Shown: piece by piece, positions 1-9,309 of the stretch
Layout of the letters: the number at the start of each line of letters is the position of its first letter
Position numbering within the stretch: the stretch's first letter is position 1
From: Saccharofermentans sp.
GTDB lineage: Bacteria > Bacillota > Clostridia > Saccharofermentanales > Saccharofermentanaceae
Direction: 5' to 3'
Assembly: GCA_045600625.1 (NCBI GenBank)
Contig: JAZRYF010000011.1
Location: forward strand, 8,964 to 72,963
DNA length: 64,000 nt
The notes under the pieces: model-generated
Databases searched by the model: none
What the model was told of the DNA's origin: nothing
Seen by the model: the letters and a program-made list of their open reading frames with translations, nothing else
Translations under genes and position numbers: made by a program

Positions 1-627
1 ATTATCAATATCTGGAGCAGAGTTTCTAATCTGACCGAGATTAGAAATTAGATTTACAATCAACTGAAATCCTTCTGAATCAACTCCAATTCCTAATTCT
101 TCCAATGCTTCAGTAATATCTTCTGCAACAGTTAAACCACCATCGATAATTCTTCGTAAAACTTCAGATGCACTACTAGAAGTAAAATCCCTTAGATAAT
201 CAAGAATACCGTATTCGTCTATACTTTCAATTACAGCGAATAACTGAGATGATACTTTTTCAAAAATAACACCTGATGTTCTATAAGTGTAATAAGTTGC
301 AACAACTCGTCTTAAGTCTTCAGTGTTAAACTGATAAACACCACTGACATATAAAGTCTCACCTACTTCATAACCATTAGTTCTAAGTACATCATCGAAT
401 ACATAATCATTCAACTGATTATTATCAAAAGCATAGATACCATAAGTTTTAAATAATAATCTGTCATATTGTGCTAGATATACTTCCCCCTGAGATTTAA
501 GAGCTCTCGTCAAGGTTAATCTTCTGTCAAGATCAGCAACATATGCAATATAAGTAGTTTCAATTAAAATTAATGCTGAAAGAATTATTGCTAGAAAAAG
601 TGTAGTAACGCCTCTTTTATTCCTCAT
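1..627 (-). CDS. N-terminal 209 codons of a membrane-anchored protein, possibly TadE/pseudopilin-like (rest lies beyond the window edge)
   Basis: Own minus-strand translation from ATG 627-625 gives MRNKRGVTTLFLAIILSALILIETTYIAYVADLDRR... The frame stays open to position 1. GAGGAGG lies 6 nt upstream of the ATG. There is a basic N-terminus followed by one hydrophobic helix. It overlaps the upstream ORF stop by 11 nt. The functional label is weak. Confidence 0.6.
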   Translation of the reverse strand, partial: MRNKRGVTTLFLAIILSALILIETTYIAYVADLDRRLTLTRALKSQGEVYLAQYDRLLFKTYGIYAFDNNQLNDYVFDDVLRTNGYEVGETLYVSGVYQFNTEDLRRVVATYYTYRTSGVIFEKVSSQLFAVIESIDEYGILDYLRDFTSSSASEVLRRIIDGGLTVAEDITEALEELGIGVDSEGFQLIVNLISNLGQIRNSAPDIDN

Positions 628-859
628 CTGAAACCTCCTCTATAATACTTCCGTAAATAATTCGGTAGTTTTCAGATAAGCCTGTCAAAAATGTATTTAA
701 CTGTTCACTTGAGATAAATCCATCATCAAACAAAACATCTTCTATCGATGTATTTGCATCTTCAAGTGACTGAGAACAAATACTTACAGGCATTAAAATC
801 AAAGCACACAAAACAGTAAAAACAATTGTAATACTGATTACACTTTCAATTGTACTCAT
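617..859 (-). CDS. Small membrane protein (80 aa) with a TadE-like N-terminal hydrophobic segment
   Basis: ORF track. The N-terminus MSTIESVISITIVFTVLCALILMP resembles the Tad/Flp minor-pilin N-terminal segment. GGGGGA lies 5-6 nt before the ATG. It appears translationally coupled to the next ORF. Confidence 0.5.
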   Translation of the reverse strand: MSTIESVISITIVFTVLCALILMPVSICSQSLEDANTSIEDVLFDDGFISSEQLNTFLTGLSENYRIIYGSIIEEVSDEE

Positions 860-903
860 AAAAATCCCCCATATCCTAAGTTATTAACTTAAGGATATAG
901 GGG
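860..903 (-). terminator. Strong hairpin plus T-run downstream of pheT (intrinsic terminator/attenuator)
   Basis: Positions 867-882 pair with 886-903, giving 16 bp with two 1-nt bulges and a 3-nt loop. On the minus strand the stem is followed by GATTTTTATG, whose ATG is the start of ORF 617-859. Confidence 0.55.
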
Positions 904-920
904 TAAAAGTACTAATTGGG

Positions 921-960
921 CGACAATTGTCGACAAAAAGCGACAAAAAACGACAAAGGT
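921..960. repeat. Four tandem 10-bp direct repeats CGACAAnnnn
   Basis: The plus strand reads CGACAATTGT CGACAAAAAG CGACAAAAAA CGACAAAGGT in exact 10-nt register. Positions 921-932 (CGACAATTGTCG) form a perfect 12-bp palindrome. Confidence 0.85.
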
Positions 961-3374
961 TATCTCAAACGAGCATCATATGTTTTCTCGAGTTTTGCAA
1001 GAATTGCTGCAAAAGAATCCTTAATATCGTCATCTGCCAATGTTCTGGACTCATCTCTGAATACAAGAGATACAGCAACGGATTTCTTACCGTCACCAAT
1101 CTTAGAATCCTCATAGACATCAAAGAATTCAACTTCCTTCAAGAGCTTACCGCCAGCTGACTTACAAGTCTTGATGATATCACCAACAGCAACCTCCTTA
1201 TTTACAACTACAGCCAAATCACGAGCGATTCCAGGGAACTTAGGAATCTGCTTATAAACTCTCTCTGTCTTAGCTGCATTAATCAAAGCATCAGCTTCAA
1301 TCTCAAAGAAGCAAGCCTTGCTAGGTGCGTCAAAATTGTCTGCAACTTCTGGATGAACAATTCCAATAACACCACAAACCTTGTTATTTACAAGAATTGA
1401 GGCTGTTCTGCCTGGATGGAATGTTGGATTATCTGTTAATGGCTCAAAAGTCATTGAACGAATTCCGAGAATCTTAGAAAGTTCTTCAATTACTCCTCTT
1501 ACATGATAGAAAGTACTAGCACTATCACTCAAAGTATTGTCATAAGCAAAGCCACAGAGAGTTTTTCTCTCAAATGGAAGATTTGTTGGATCGCTGTCTG
1601 GAATATAAACATAAGCTACTTCAAATACCTTGGCACTTGGAACACCACGATTTGAATTACGAGCAGCAATTCTAAGCATTGAAGGAAGCATTGTAGTTCT
1701 CATAACAGATGAATCATCACCAAGAGGGTTTGAAATCTTAACCTGATTACGCAAATCATCATCTGCAGCAACATTCATCAAATCCAAATCAGCAGGACTC
1801 TCAAATGAATATGTAATAGCCTCGTAGAAACCACATGAAACAAGAGTATCCTTGATTGTCTCTGTAAGATTCTGGTTTCTTGTTCTTCCACCAAGGGTAG
1901 TTGTAGAACCATTAAGAAGTGTTGGCTCAATATTATTATATCCGTAGAATCTAGCAATTTCCTCAGAAATGTCCGCTTCACTCTCTAAGTCAGGACGATA
2001 TGTTGGAGGAGTAATTAAATTATTCTCAACAACACAGCCAAGGTTCTTGAGAGTATCAACCATAAATTCTTCAGACGCATTAATACCAATAAACTTATTA
2101 ATCCAGTCAGGTCTGAAAGCAATAGTTTTTACTTCCTTCTTTGTTGGATATACATCAATAAGGCCCTTGGAAACCTTACCACATCCAAGAATTTCAACCA
2201 GCTCGCAAGCTCTGTCCAAAGCTCTTAAAGCATTCTCGCTATCAAGTCCCTTCTCATAACGGGAAGAAGCTTCTGTACGAAGACCATTCTTAATTGCTGT
2301 CTTTCTTACACTTACACCATTAAAAGTAGCAGATTCAAAGAGGATAGTCTTAGTAGTCTCTAATACCTCGGAGTTCTCACCACCCATTACACCAGCGATA
2401 GCACAAACCTTCTCTTCATCAGCAATAACAAGCATAGAAGAATCAAGAGTATGGTCATTACCATCAAGTGTCTTAGTAAGCTCGCCATCATTTGCTGTAC
2501 GAACAATAACATGATTATTCTTAAGATAATCCAGGTCAAATGCATGCATTGGCTGACCTAACTCAAGACATACGTAGTTAGTAATATCAACAATATTATT
2601 GATAGAACGCATTCCAGCAGCAACTAACTTCTCAACCATCCATTCAGGTGAAGGGCCGATTTTAACATCTTCAACAGTTCTGGCGCAGTAGCGATAACAT
2701 AACTCTGGAGCTAAGATATCAACCTTAGCGATATCCTGCGTAACAAGACTACCTTCCTGCTTCAAAGAAGGATTAATAGGTCTGAATGGCTTACCCATTG
2801 TTACTGCGGCTTCACGTCCAAGACCTTCAACGGAGAAACAGTCAGGTCTGTTGGATGTAATCTCAAAATCAATAGTTACGAATGCGTCAACATTTAAGAA
2901 TTCACGCATATCAGTTCCTAAAGCTGGCATTGGATCTAAATTCTTAAGATCCCAAAGTCCATAAACGTCTGAGCCTGGCTTACCCATTGCAACAGGGCCG
3001 AGTTCTTCTGCAGAACAACACATACCAAAGCTCTCAACGCCTCTAATCTTACCCTTCTTAATTGTAATCTCAGGAAGAACTGCGCCAACGCAAGCTATAG
3101 GACAAATCATTCCCTCATACACATTAGGTGCACCGCATACAATCTGAACATCATGACCAATCTCATCACGTCCAAAATCAACCTTCAAAATATGAAGATG
3201 ATCAGAATCTGGATGCTCTGCAACACTTAAAATCTTTCCTGCATATACACCGGAAAGCTTATAATCAATAACTTCTTCTACCTTAGATCCAGAAAGAGTC
3301 ATTGCATCAGCAAGTTCCTTAACTGGAACGTCAATATCAGTAAAATCCTTTAACCAAATTACAGGTGCTTTCAT
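960..3374 (-). CDS. pheT: Phenylalanine--tRNA ligase beta subunit
   Basis: 804 aa with the domain order typical of bacterial PheRS beta: N-terminal tRNA-binding fold, B3/B4, B5 and a C-terminal FDX-ACB domain. It starts 12 nt after the pheS stop. Confidence 0.97.
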   Translation of the reverse strand: MKAPVIWLKDFTDIDVPVKELADAMTLSGSKVEEVIDYKLSGVYAGKILSVAEHPDSDHLHILKVDFGRDEIGHDVQIVCGAPNVYEGMICPIACVGAVLPEITIKKGKIRGVESFGMCCSAEELGPVAMGKPGSDVYGLWDLKNLDPMPALGTDMREFLNVDAFVTIDFEITSNRPDCFSVEGLGREAAVTMGKPFRPINPSLKQEGSLVTQDIAKVDILAPELCYRYCARTVEDVKIGPSPEWMVEKLVAAGMRSINNIVDITNYVCLELGQPMHAFDLDYLKNNHVIVRTANDGELTKTLDGNDHTLDSSMLVIADEEKVCAIAGVMGGENSEVLETTKTILFESATFNGVSVRKTAIKNGLRTEASSRYEKGLDSENALRALDRACELVEILGCGKVSKGLIDVYPTKKEVKTIAFRPDWINKFIGINASEEFMVDTLKNLGCVVENNLITPPTYRPDLESEADISEEIARFYGYNNIEPTLLNGSTTTLGGRTRNQNLTETIKDTLVSCGFYEAITYSFESPADLDLMNVAADDDLRNQVKISNPLGDDSSVMRTTMLPSMLRIAARNSNRGVPSAKVFEVAYVYIPDSDPTNLPFERKTLCGFAYDNTLSDSASTFYHVRGVIEELSKILGIRSMTFEPLTDNPTFHPGRTASILVNNKVCGVIGIVHPEVADNFDAPSKACFFEIEADALINAAKTERVYKQIPKFPGIARDLAVVVNKEVAVGDIIKTCKSAGGKLLKEVEFFDVYEDSKIGDGKKSVAVSLVFRDESRTLADDDIKDSFAAILAKLEKTYDARLR

Positions 3375-3386
3375 TCTCTTTCCTCC

Positions 3387-4418
3387 TTACTTGAACTGCT
3401 TTAAGAAGCGTACATCGTTCTCATAGAGGAGTCTGATGTCATCAATACCATAACGGCCCATCGCTGTTCTCTCAACACCGATACCAAAAGCAAATCCGCT
3501 ATATTCATTAGAATCGATACCGCAGTTCTCAAGAACCTCAGGATGAACCATACCAGCACCAAGAACCTCAATCCAGCCTTCACCCTTACATACATTACAA
3601 CCACAGCCACCACACTTCCAGCAAGTCAAATCAACCTCAACTGAAGGCTCAGTAAATGGGAAATGATGAGGACGAAGTCTGATTTCAGTCTTCTCACCAA
3701 AGAGCTTCTTTGCAAATAACTGTAAGGAACCAACCAAGTCACCCATAGTTACACCCTTATCTACTACAAGGCCCTCAATCTGATGGAATACAGGAGAATG
3801 AGTTGCATCAAGAGTATCCTGACGATAAACCTTACCTGGACAAACTACCTTAATAGGTGGCTTCTGCTTCTCCATAATACGAATCTGCATTGGAGAAGTC
3901 TGAGTTCTAAGAAGAATATTCTCGTTAATATAGAATGTATCCTGTGTATCACGAGCAGGGTGACCCTTAGGAAGTCTTAAAAGCTCGAAATTATACTTAT
4001 CATATTCGACTTCAGGTCCTTCTCCGATACTGTAGCCTAAGCCTAAGAAAATATCGCAAATTTCATCAATAGCCATATTAAGAGGATGACGTGAACCAGC
4101 ACCTACAAAATTAGTAGGTAAAGTAACGTCGATTACCTCTCGCTTGAGCTTATGAGCACTCTCCATGGCCTTCATCTTAGACTGAGTCTGAGCAAAAACA
4201 TCTTCCATCTTCGCACGAACTTCATTAACCATCTTACCAGCTTCTGGACGCTCTTCAGGCTTCAAATTACCCATACCACGCAAAACGCCAGTAAGCTTAC
4301 CCTTCTTACCGAAGTATTCAACTCTTAAGCTCTCGATATCAGCAGAACTTGTGATTTCTTTAATCTTACTCTCGAATTCTTCGCGAGTCTTATTAAGACT
4401 ATCTCGCAAATCGCTCAT
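3387..4418 (-). CDS. pheS: Phenylalanine--tRNA ligase alpha subunit
   Basis: 343 aa with class II aaRS motifs ([22 protein letters not shown]). AAGGAGG precedes the ATG. Confidence 0.97.
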   Translation of the reverse strand: MSDLRDSLNKTREEFESKIKEITSSADIESLRVEYFGKKGKLTGVLRGMGNLKPEERPEAGKMVNEVRAKMEDVFAQTQSKMKAMESAHKLKREVIDVTLPTNFVGAGSRHPLNMAIDEICDIFLGLGYSIGEGPEVEYDKYNFELLRLPKGHPARDTQDTFYINENILLRTQTSPMQIRIMEKQKPPIKVVCPGKVYRQDTLDATHSPVFHQIEGLVVDKGVTMGDLVGSLQLFAKKLFGEKTEIRLRPHHFPFTEPSVEVDLTCWKCGGCGCNVCKGEGWIEVLGAGMVHPEVLENCGIDSNEYSGFAFGIGVERTAMGRYGIDDIRLLYENDVRFLKQFK

Positions 4419-4472
4419 GATAAGCCTCCTTAAATTACACTTTAACCTATGAAATATAACATAAATTACTTT

Positions 4473-5078
4473 TTAATAAAAGAATGGATTATTATTAAAC
4501 TCAAACTCCAATGTAGAAGCTGGTCCATGGCCAGGATAGATTTTTGTATCAAATGGAAATTTTGAAAGTTTTAAAATTGACTCATTCAGAAGTTTTTGTG
4601 AGCCTCCAGGTAAATCTGGTCGTCCAACTCCAAGTTTAAACAAAGTATCTCCTGTAAACATTACAGATTCGCCAGTTTCAGAATAATAAATACACACTGA
4701 ACCAGGTGAATGACCAGGCGTCTCCTCTATGACTATTCCATCTATATGACATTCACTAATGTCTCTAACATCAGACTGATACTTACACTTATCAGCAAAA
4801 AAAGATGAACAATTGTATACAGGATCAGTTATACAGTTCCTGTCTCCATTATGAATAAAGACTTTTGCCTCTGGATACAAAGCAGACCACTTATCAATAG
4901 CATTAATGTGATCAAAATGACCATGAGTACAGAAAATTGCATCAATACTATCAGGTAATTTATCTCTTAAATCATCAGGATAAACCGAAGGATCTAATAA
5001 AAAAGTCCCCGAACATGATTCAAGAATATACATGTTCGAGGCCAAAGGCCCATATGGGTAGGTTTTAATATTCATCAA
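4473..5078 (-). CDS. MBL-fold metallo-hydrolase (glyoxalase II-like)
   Basis: 201 aa with the HxHxDH motif (CTHGHFDH) and a downstream His/Asp pattern. It overlaps the upstream gene by 4 nt. Confidence 0.85.
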   Translation of the reverse strand: MMNIKTYPYGPLASNMYILESCSGTFLLDPSVYPDDLRDKLPDSIDAIFCTHGHFDHINAIDKWSALYPEAKVFIHNGDRNCITDPVYNCSSFFADKCKYQSDVRDISECHIDGIVIEETPGHSPGSVCIYYSETGESVMFTGDTLFKLGVGRPDLPGGSQKLLNESILKLSKFPFDTKIYPGHGPASTLEFEFNNNPFFY

Positions 5079-5479
5079 GAAACCTTAGAATCCTTAATCC
5101 ACGTTCTGTAATCAAGATCGCCACGGTCAATGGAAAGAATCAAAATCTCAGCTGTAGCAAGATTAGTAGCATAAGGAATATTATTCTGATCACATGTGTT
5201 AAGTAAATCGAGAGGTACATTAACAGTATCTTCTTCAGCATCTCTTAAATAAATAACACAGTCAATCTCATCAAATTCAGCTCTTGAAGCTAACTGAGCA
5301 ATGCCACCAAGGTAATCAACATTAAGACCAGAAACATCAATATCTACTGCAGTCTTCAAATACTTTGCTGTACTGTAAACGGAAATAAGTTGATGTTTTG
5401 AAAGCAGAGACTTATAAGCAATACAAAAGTTAACCAAAAGCTCATTTTTACGGTTGTCAGCCATCAAAACAATCTTCAT
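5075..5479 (-). CDS. Methylglyoxal synthase-like domain protein with degenerate active-site residues
   Basis: 134 aa, collinear with MgsA (MKIVLMAD..., ...NIPYATNLATAEIL...). The HD, ATGTTG, GGDQQ and PHxPD motifs read DN, SVYSTA, GGIAQ and VNVPLD. Confidence 0.8.
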   Translation of the reverse strand: MKIVLMADNRKNELLVNFCIAYKSLLSKHQLISVYSTAKYLKTAVDIDVSGLNVDYLGGIAQLASRAEFDEIDCVIYLRDAEEDTVNVPLDLLNTCDQNNIPYATNLATAEILILSIDRGDLDYRTWIKDSKVS

Positions 5480-5568
5480 AAATAAGTCTCCTTACTTCGC
5501 ATATATTCATATTCTACAAAAGAACATAAAAAATGACAATGTATTATTGTTGATAAACTACAAATAAA

Positions 5569-7860
5569 TTATACAGGTGCAGCTACTGGCTGAATTAGTC
5601 TATCCAAATCGTCCCCTGTAATTGGAATGGAACTCATAGCCTGCTCAGCCATAGTAGGAGCAACACCAAAATATGCAGCTAATAACTTACGTGCAATAAT
5701 AGCTGTTGATGCACCCCACTCACCTCTTTCTACTACAAGAGCGATAGCTACCTGAGGATCATTAGCTGGTGCATAGCAGACAAACAAACCATTTGAATAC
5801 TCTTTACGGATATCCTCAAAACCAGTCTCAGCGGTACCAGTCTTACAAACAACTGGTATTGGGAAATTAGCAAAAATGTCCTGTGCTGTTCCTGGCCACA
5901 TGCTTGTACCTGTAACTACGCAGCGCATTGCATTTCGAACAGCATTTAAATTATCTTCATCCAAATTAAGTGGAGTAGATTCAGTTTGTCCCTGGTAAAG
6001 AATAGTACCATCACTCGCAGTAACATTATCAATAACATAAGGAGTAACGAGTTGATTAGTCGCTATTCCTGCAGTATATCTGCAAAGCTGCATAATAGTA
6101 AAACAGTTATCGAACTGACCAATTGAAGACTGCGCAGTATCAGCTGGGAACCATGTACGATCATATTCAAGTTCATGAAGTAAAATCTTAGTCTCACGAG
6201 AAGCACGAACGCCTCTAATCTCACCAGGAAGATCGATACCAGTGTACTCACCTAATCCTAATCTCTCACCCATCGCATCAATATTATCAATACCCGTGTC
6301 TACACCAAGTCTCATGAAATAGATATTACAAGATGTAGCAATAGCTTCATTTAGGCTTAACGGACCATGTCCTCCATTTGGAAACTCAAGACAACGGAAT
6401 TCCCAACCACCAATATCTATAGGTGAATCACATGAAATCCAGTTAGAATTAGCAGTAATAACTCCATTTTCGAGAGCGGCCAGTGCAGTACACATCTTAA
6501 AAGTAGAACCCGGAGCATACTGTGACATAATAGCACGGTTCCAAAGAGGCATGTCTTCAGCTGTAATATCCTCATATTCACCAAGTCCGAGATAATATTC
6601 AACCTGCTCTTGAGCCTGCGCATCACCATACATTGATAATACGAAGTCGTTAGGGTCAAAGTTAGGATAAGAACCCATAGCGATTACTGCTCCAGTATTA
6701 ACATCCATCATTACGAAAGCACCAGCATTAGCGGTCTTATAACCAGACATCTCAATTAGCTCAGCGTTTTTAGCTTCATCAATATAAGTCTTAAGAGCTT
6801 CAATCCCTACTCTTTGCAGGTCAGAATCAATTGTCAACTGAACTGTAGCTCCACTTTGAGCAGGCATACCATAAGATGATGGGAAGAAAATTCCTTCAGG
6901 ACCCTGGGTAGTCCATGTATTATAAGTAGCTACTCCGCTATATCCATGTAAATATCTCTCCATCTGAGACTCAACACCAGACTGTCCAACGAGGTCATCG
7001 TTAGAATATCCATAAGGAGCAAGTGTTACGAGAGACTCCTGAGAAATACGTCCAACATATCCAACTACATGGCTTGCAAGCTGTGCAGCAGGTTCATAAG
7101 TTCTTCTATATGTCTTAGTTGTGATAATACCCATATAATGATAATTCTGCTCGTTAAATATAGTAACAAGTTCATCTGGAACATCAGTAGCAATTGTTAC
7201 AGGAGTACCTGTCTGAAATGACCAGTTATCACTAAAAATCTGATATCTCATTCTACAGATTCTATAAGCTTCATCTTCAGTATAACTCTCGTCAATGTCG
7301 AATAACTGTCTTAGATATAAAAAGAAAACCTGTGGGTCTGTCTTAACATAGTTGTCAGTAAAAGTAACAATAATACCCTGGGTATAATCATCGAGATCAA
7401 AAAGATTATGATCAGTCTGCCATAATCTAATCTGCTCTTCCTCTTTTAAAAACATAAAAGGATTAACCTGGAAATAATCATCGAGGCCAGATACAGACGT
7501 ACAGTTATACTGATCAAATAGATAACTCAATTCTAGGCACATTGAATTAAGTGCATCATCATCAAGATAAGCATTAGAAATCATAACCGTATTTACTGCT
7601 CTGGATGATGCCAGTACAATTCCGTTTGCATCAACAATATCGCCTCTTGGAGCAGTAATAATATACTGTCTCGAAATACCTTCAGAAGATGCAGAAATAG
7701 TTCTCTGATATCCAGAAAACTGCAAAGCAGATGTCATAACGAGGATAATTGCTCCAAAGACACAAAAACCTAAGGACAGAATGAAATATCTGTTCTGAAT
7801 AACTTCATAAATCTTGCTGAATACGGATTCTTTATTTCTTCCGCTTACATTGTCAGCCAC
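5569..7860 (-). CDS. mrdA: Class B penicillin-binding protein 2 (elongasome transpeptidase)
   Basis: 763 aa with an N-terminal TM helix. It carries SxxK (STFK), SxN (SCN) and KTG (KTGTAE) motifs and sits directly downstream of mreC-mreD. Confidence 0.9.
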   Translation of the reverse strand: MADNVSGRNKESVFSKIYEVIQNRYFILSLGFCVFGAIILVMTSALQFSGYQRTISASSEGISRQYIITAPRGDIVDANGIVLASSRAVNTVMISNAYLDDDALNSMCLELSYLFDQYNCTSVSGLDDYFQVNPFMFLKEEEQIRLWQTDHNLFDLDDYTQGIIVTFTDNYVKTDPQVFFLYLRQLFDIDESYTEDEAYRICRMRYQIFSDNWSFQTGTPVTIATDVPDELVTIFNEQNYHYMGIITTKTYRRTYEPAAQLASHVVGYVGRISQESLVTLAPYGYSNDDLVGQSGVESQMERYLHGYSGVATYNTWTTQGPEGIFFPSSYGMPAQSGATVQLTIDSDLQRVGIEALKTYIDEAKNAELIEMSGYKTANAGAFVMMDVNTGAVIAMGSYPNFDPNDFVLSMYGDAQAQEQVEYYLGLGEYEDITAEDMPLWNRAIMSQYAPGSTFKMCTALAALENGVITANSNWISCDSPIDIGGWEFRCLEFPNGGHGPLSLNEAIATSCNIYFMRLGVDTGIDNIDAMGERLGLGEYTGIDLPGEIRGVRASRETKILLHELEYDRTWFPADTAQSSIGQFDNCFTIMQLCRYTAGIATNQLVTPYVIDNVTASDGTILYQGQTESTPLNLDEDNLNAVRNAMRCVVTGTSMWPGTAQDIFANFPIPVVCKTGTAETGFEDIRKEYSNGLFVCYAPANDPQVAIALVVERGEWGASTAIIARKLLAAYFGVAPTMAEQAMSSIPITGDDLDRLIQPVAAPV

Positions 7861-8465
7861 AAGTTATCCTCCCTGTTTTTCTCATCAATTAATGAAGGAT
7901 TAATCCCTTTAAAATAAGGACCAATAAATCTTAAAGCAAAATAAACTGGTACAGCAACAATCGAATTTAGCAATGTTTGAGGCAATATAGAATACATTAA
8001 AGCATTTTCAAATCCAATATTGTACTCATGATGTAAAAAAGCATTTTCCCATGTGAATACAACCAGATGACCTACAATTTTGTATATTAGCGTAGCTGTA
8101 ACAACTGTTAAAAAGGCCATAGAAAAATTACGCTTAATTCTTAATGTGAAAAATGAAGATCCATAGGATGCAGCTAGAATCATAACTAAAAGCCCAATTC
8201 CTGTTGTCGCAGTAACAGTCCCATCAATTCCAGTAATAGATGGACTTGCAAAATAGTCTCTTAATAAACCGACCAAAACACCGACTATCATTCCATCTTT
8301 AAATCCAAACATATATGCAGTTAAAACTACAAATACGAACATTAAATCAGGATATAAACCCTGAAGCGAAAATAATCCACGAAATGTTACCTGGAATGTA
8401 GTTAAAAAAAGAATATATGCAGCATATACTGCTATTTTACGAATCAAGCTGGTCTTGTTCTTCAT
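7845..8465 (-). CDS. mreD: Rod shape-determining protein MreD
   Basis: Polytopic membrane protein directly after mreC. I prefer the start at ATG 8465 (MKNKTSLIRK...) over the longest ORF (8492). The call is mainly positional. Confidence 0.7.
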   Translation of the reverse strand: MKNKTSLIRKIAVYAAYILFLTTFQVTFRGLFSLQGLYPDLMFVFVVLTAYMFGFKDGMIVGVLVGLLRDYFASPSITGIDGTVTATTGIGLLVMILAASYGSSFFTLRIKRNFSMAFLTVVTATLIYKIVGHLVVFTWENAFLHHEYNIGFENALMYSILPQTLLNSIVAVPVYFALRFIGPYFKGINPSLIDEKNREDNLWLTM

Positions 8466-9303
8466 TAAAAGGCACCATGATAAAGACATCACTAAGATCA
8501 GCGATATCTGAATAAGGTCTTAATGTAGCTGTTATATTAAGTAGATCTGATGTATCAACATCAACTATTACACCAATTGGAATACCCTGTGGAAACAATC
8601 CACCATCACCAGAAGTAACTATTACATCACCCGGTTCAGGAATAACCTCAGGATCAATACCAGTAACCAAACAAAGTCCCTGGAGTTTAAGCATAGCATC
8701 ACCAGATACTATCATCGTCGCACCGTTAACTTCGTTTACCTTACCGCTAACAGAGAACCCTTCATGAAGTAAAGGCAAAATCTTAGCATCATCCTCATTG
8801 ATTTCGATAACGCGACCTATGAGGTTCATTCTTACATCTACAACGGCAAGTGATTCATCTGAATCAAGATATATTCCATCAGAATTACCTACACCAACAC
8901 GAATTACAGAAAACCACTCGTCAGCTTCTCTGGATAACACTGATGCACCAAAAATATCATAATTCGAGAATGTCTCTCTAATATGAAAAGCTTCCTGAAG
9001 TTCCTCGTATCTGATTGCTGCTTCTTCCATCATATTTAACTGATACTGTAAAGAAGCAATTTCAGCACGAAGTTCCTCATTATTCTTACGAATTGCCATA
9101 CCATCAGTTACAGCAACCCAGAAATCTGAAAGAGTATTTCCAACATTGTTAACAAAGTTCGCTACAGGATTAGCAACTGCACCTACAGGTTTTAATACCT
9201 TATTAACTGGGCTTCCTGGGAATGAACCTAATATAATCACGGCCACGACAATAAGAGTCGATATGGCCGTGATAAACCATTTGTTTGTCAGAAGTCTGCG
9301 CAT
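8437..9303 (-). CDS. mreC: Rod shape-determining protein MreC
   Basis: 288 aa with an N-terminal TM helix, a coiled coil (ELRAEIASLQYQLNMMEE) and a C-terminal beta-rich domain typical of MreC. Confidence 0.9.
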   Translation of the reverse strand: MRRLLTNKWFITAISTLIVVAVIILGSFPGSPVNKVLKPVGAVANPVANFVNNVGNTLSDFWVAVTDGMAIRKNNEELRAEIASLQYQLNMMEEAAIRYEELQEAFHIRETFSNYDIFGASVLSREADEWFSVIRVGVGNSDGIYLDSDESLAVVDVRMNLIGRVIEINEDDAKILPLLHEGFSVSGKVNEVNGATMIVSGDAMLKLQGLCLVTGIDPEVIPEPGDVIVTSGDGGLFPQGIPIGVIVDVDTSDLLNITATLRPYSDIADLSDVFIMVPFNEEQDQLDS

Positions 9304-9309
9304 TAAAAA

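Noticed and set aside
921-960. CRISPR-like or minisatellite interpretation of the CGACAA repeats
   Set aside because: The unit is only 10 nt with 4 copies and no spacers, and there are no cas genes. It is kept as a phased-repeat finding instead.
4419-4472. Expected T-box or other leader upstream of pheS
   Set aside because: Only 54 nt are available. There is no T-box motif and no terminator/antiterminator pair. It is reported as an absence, not as a feature.
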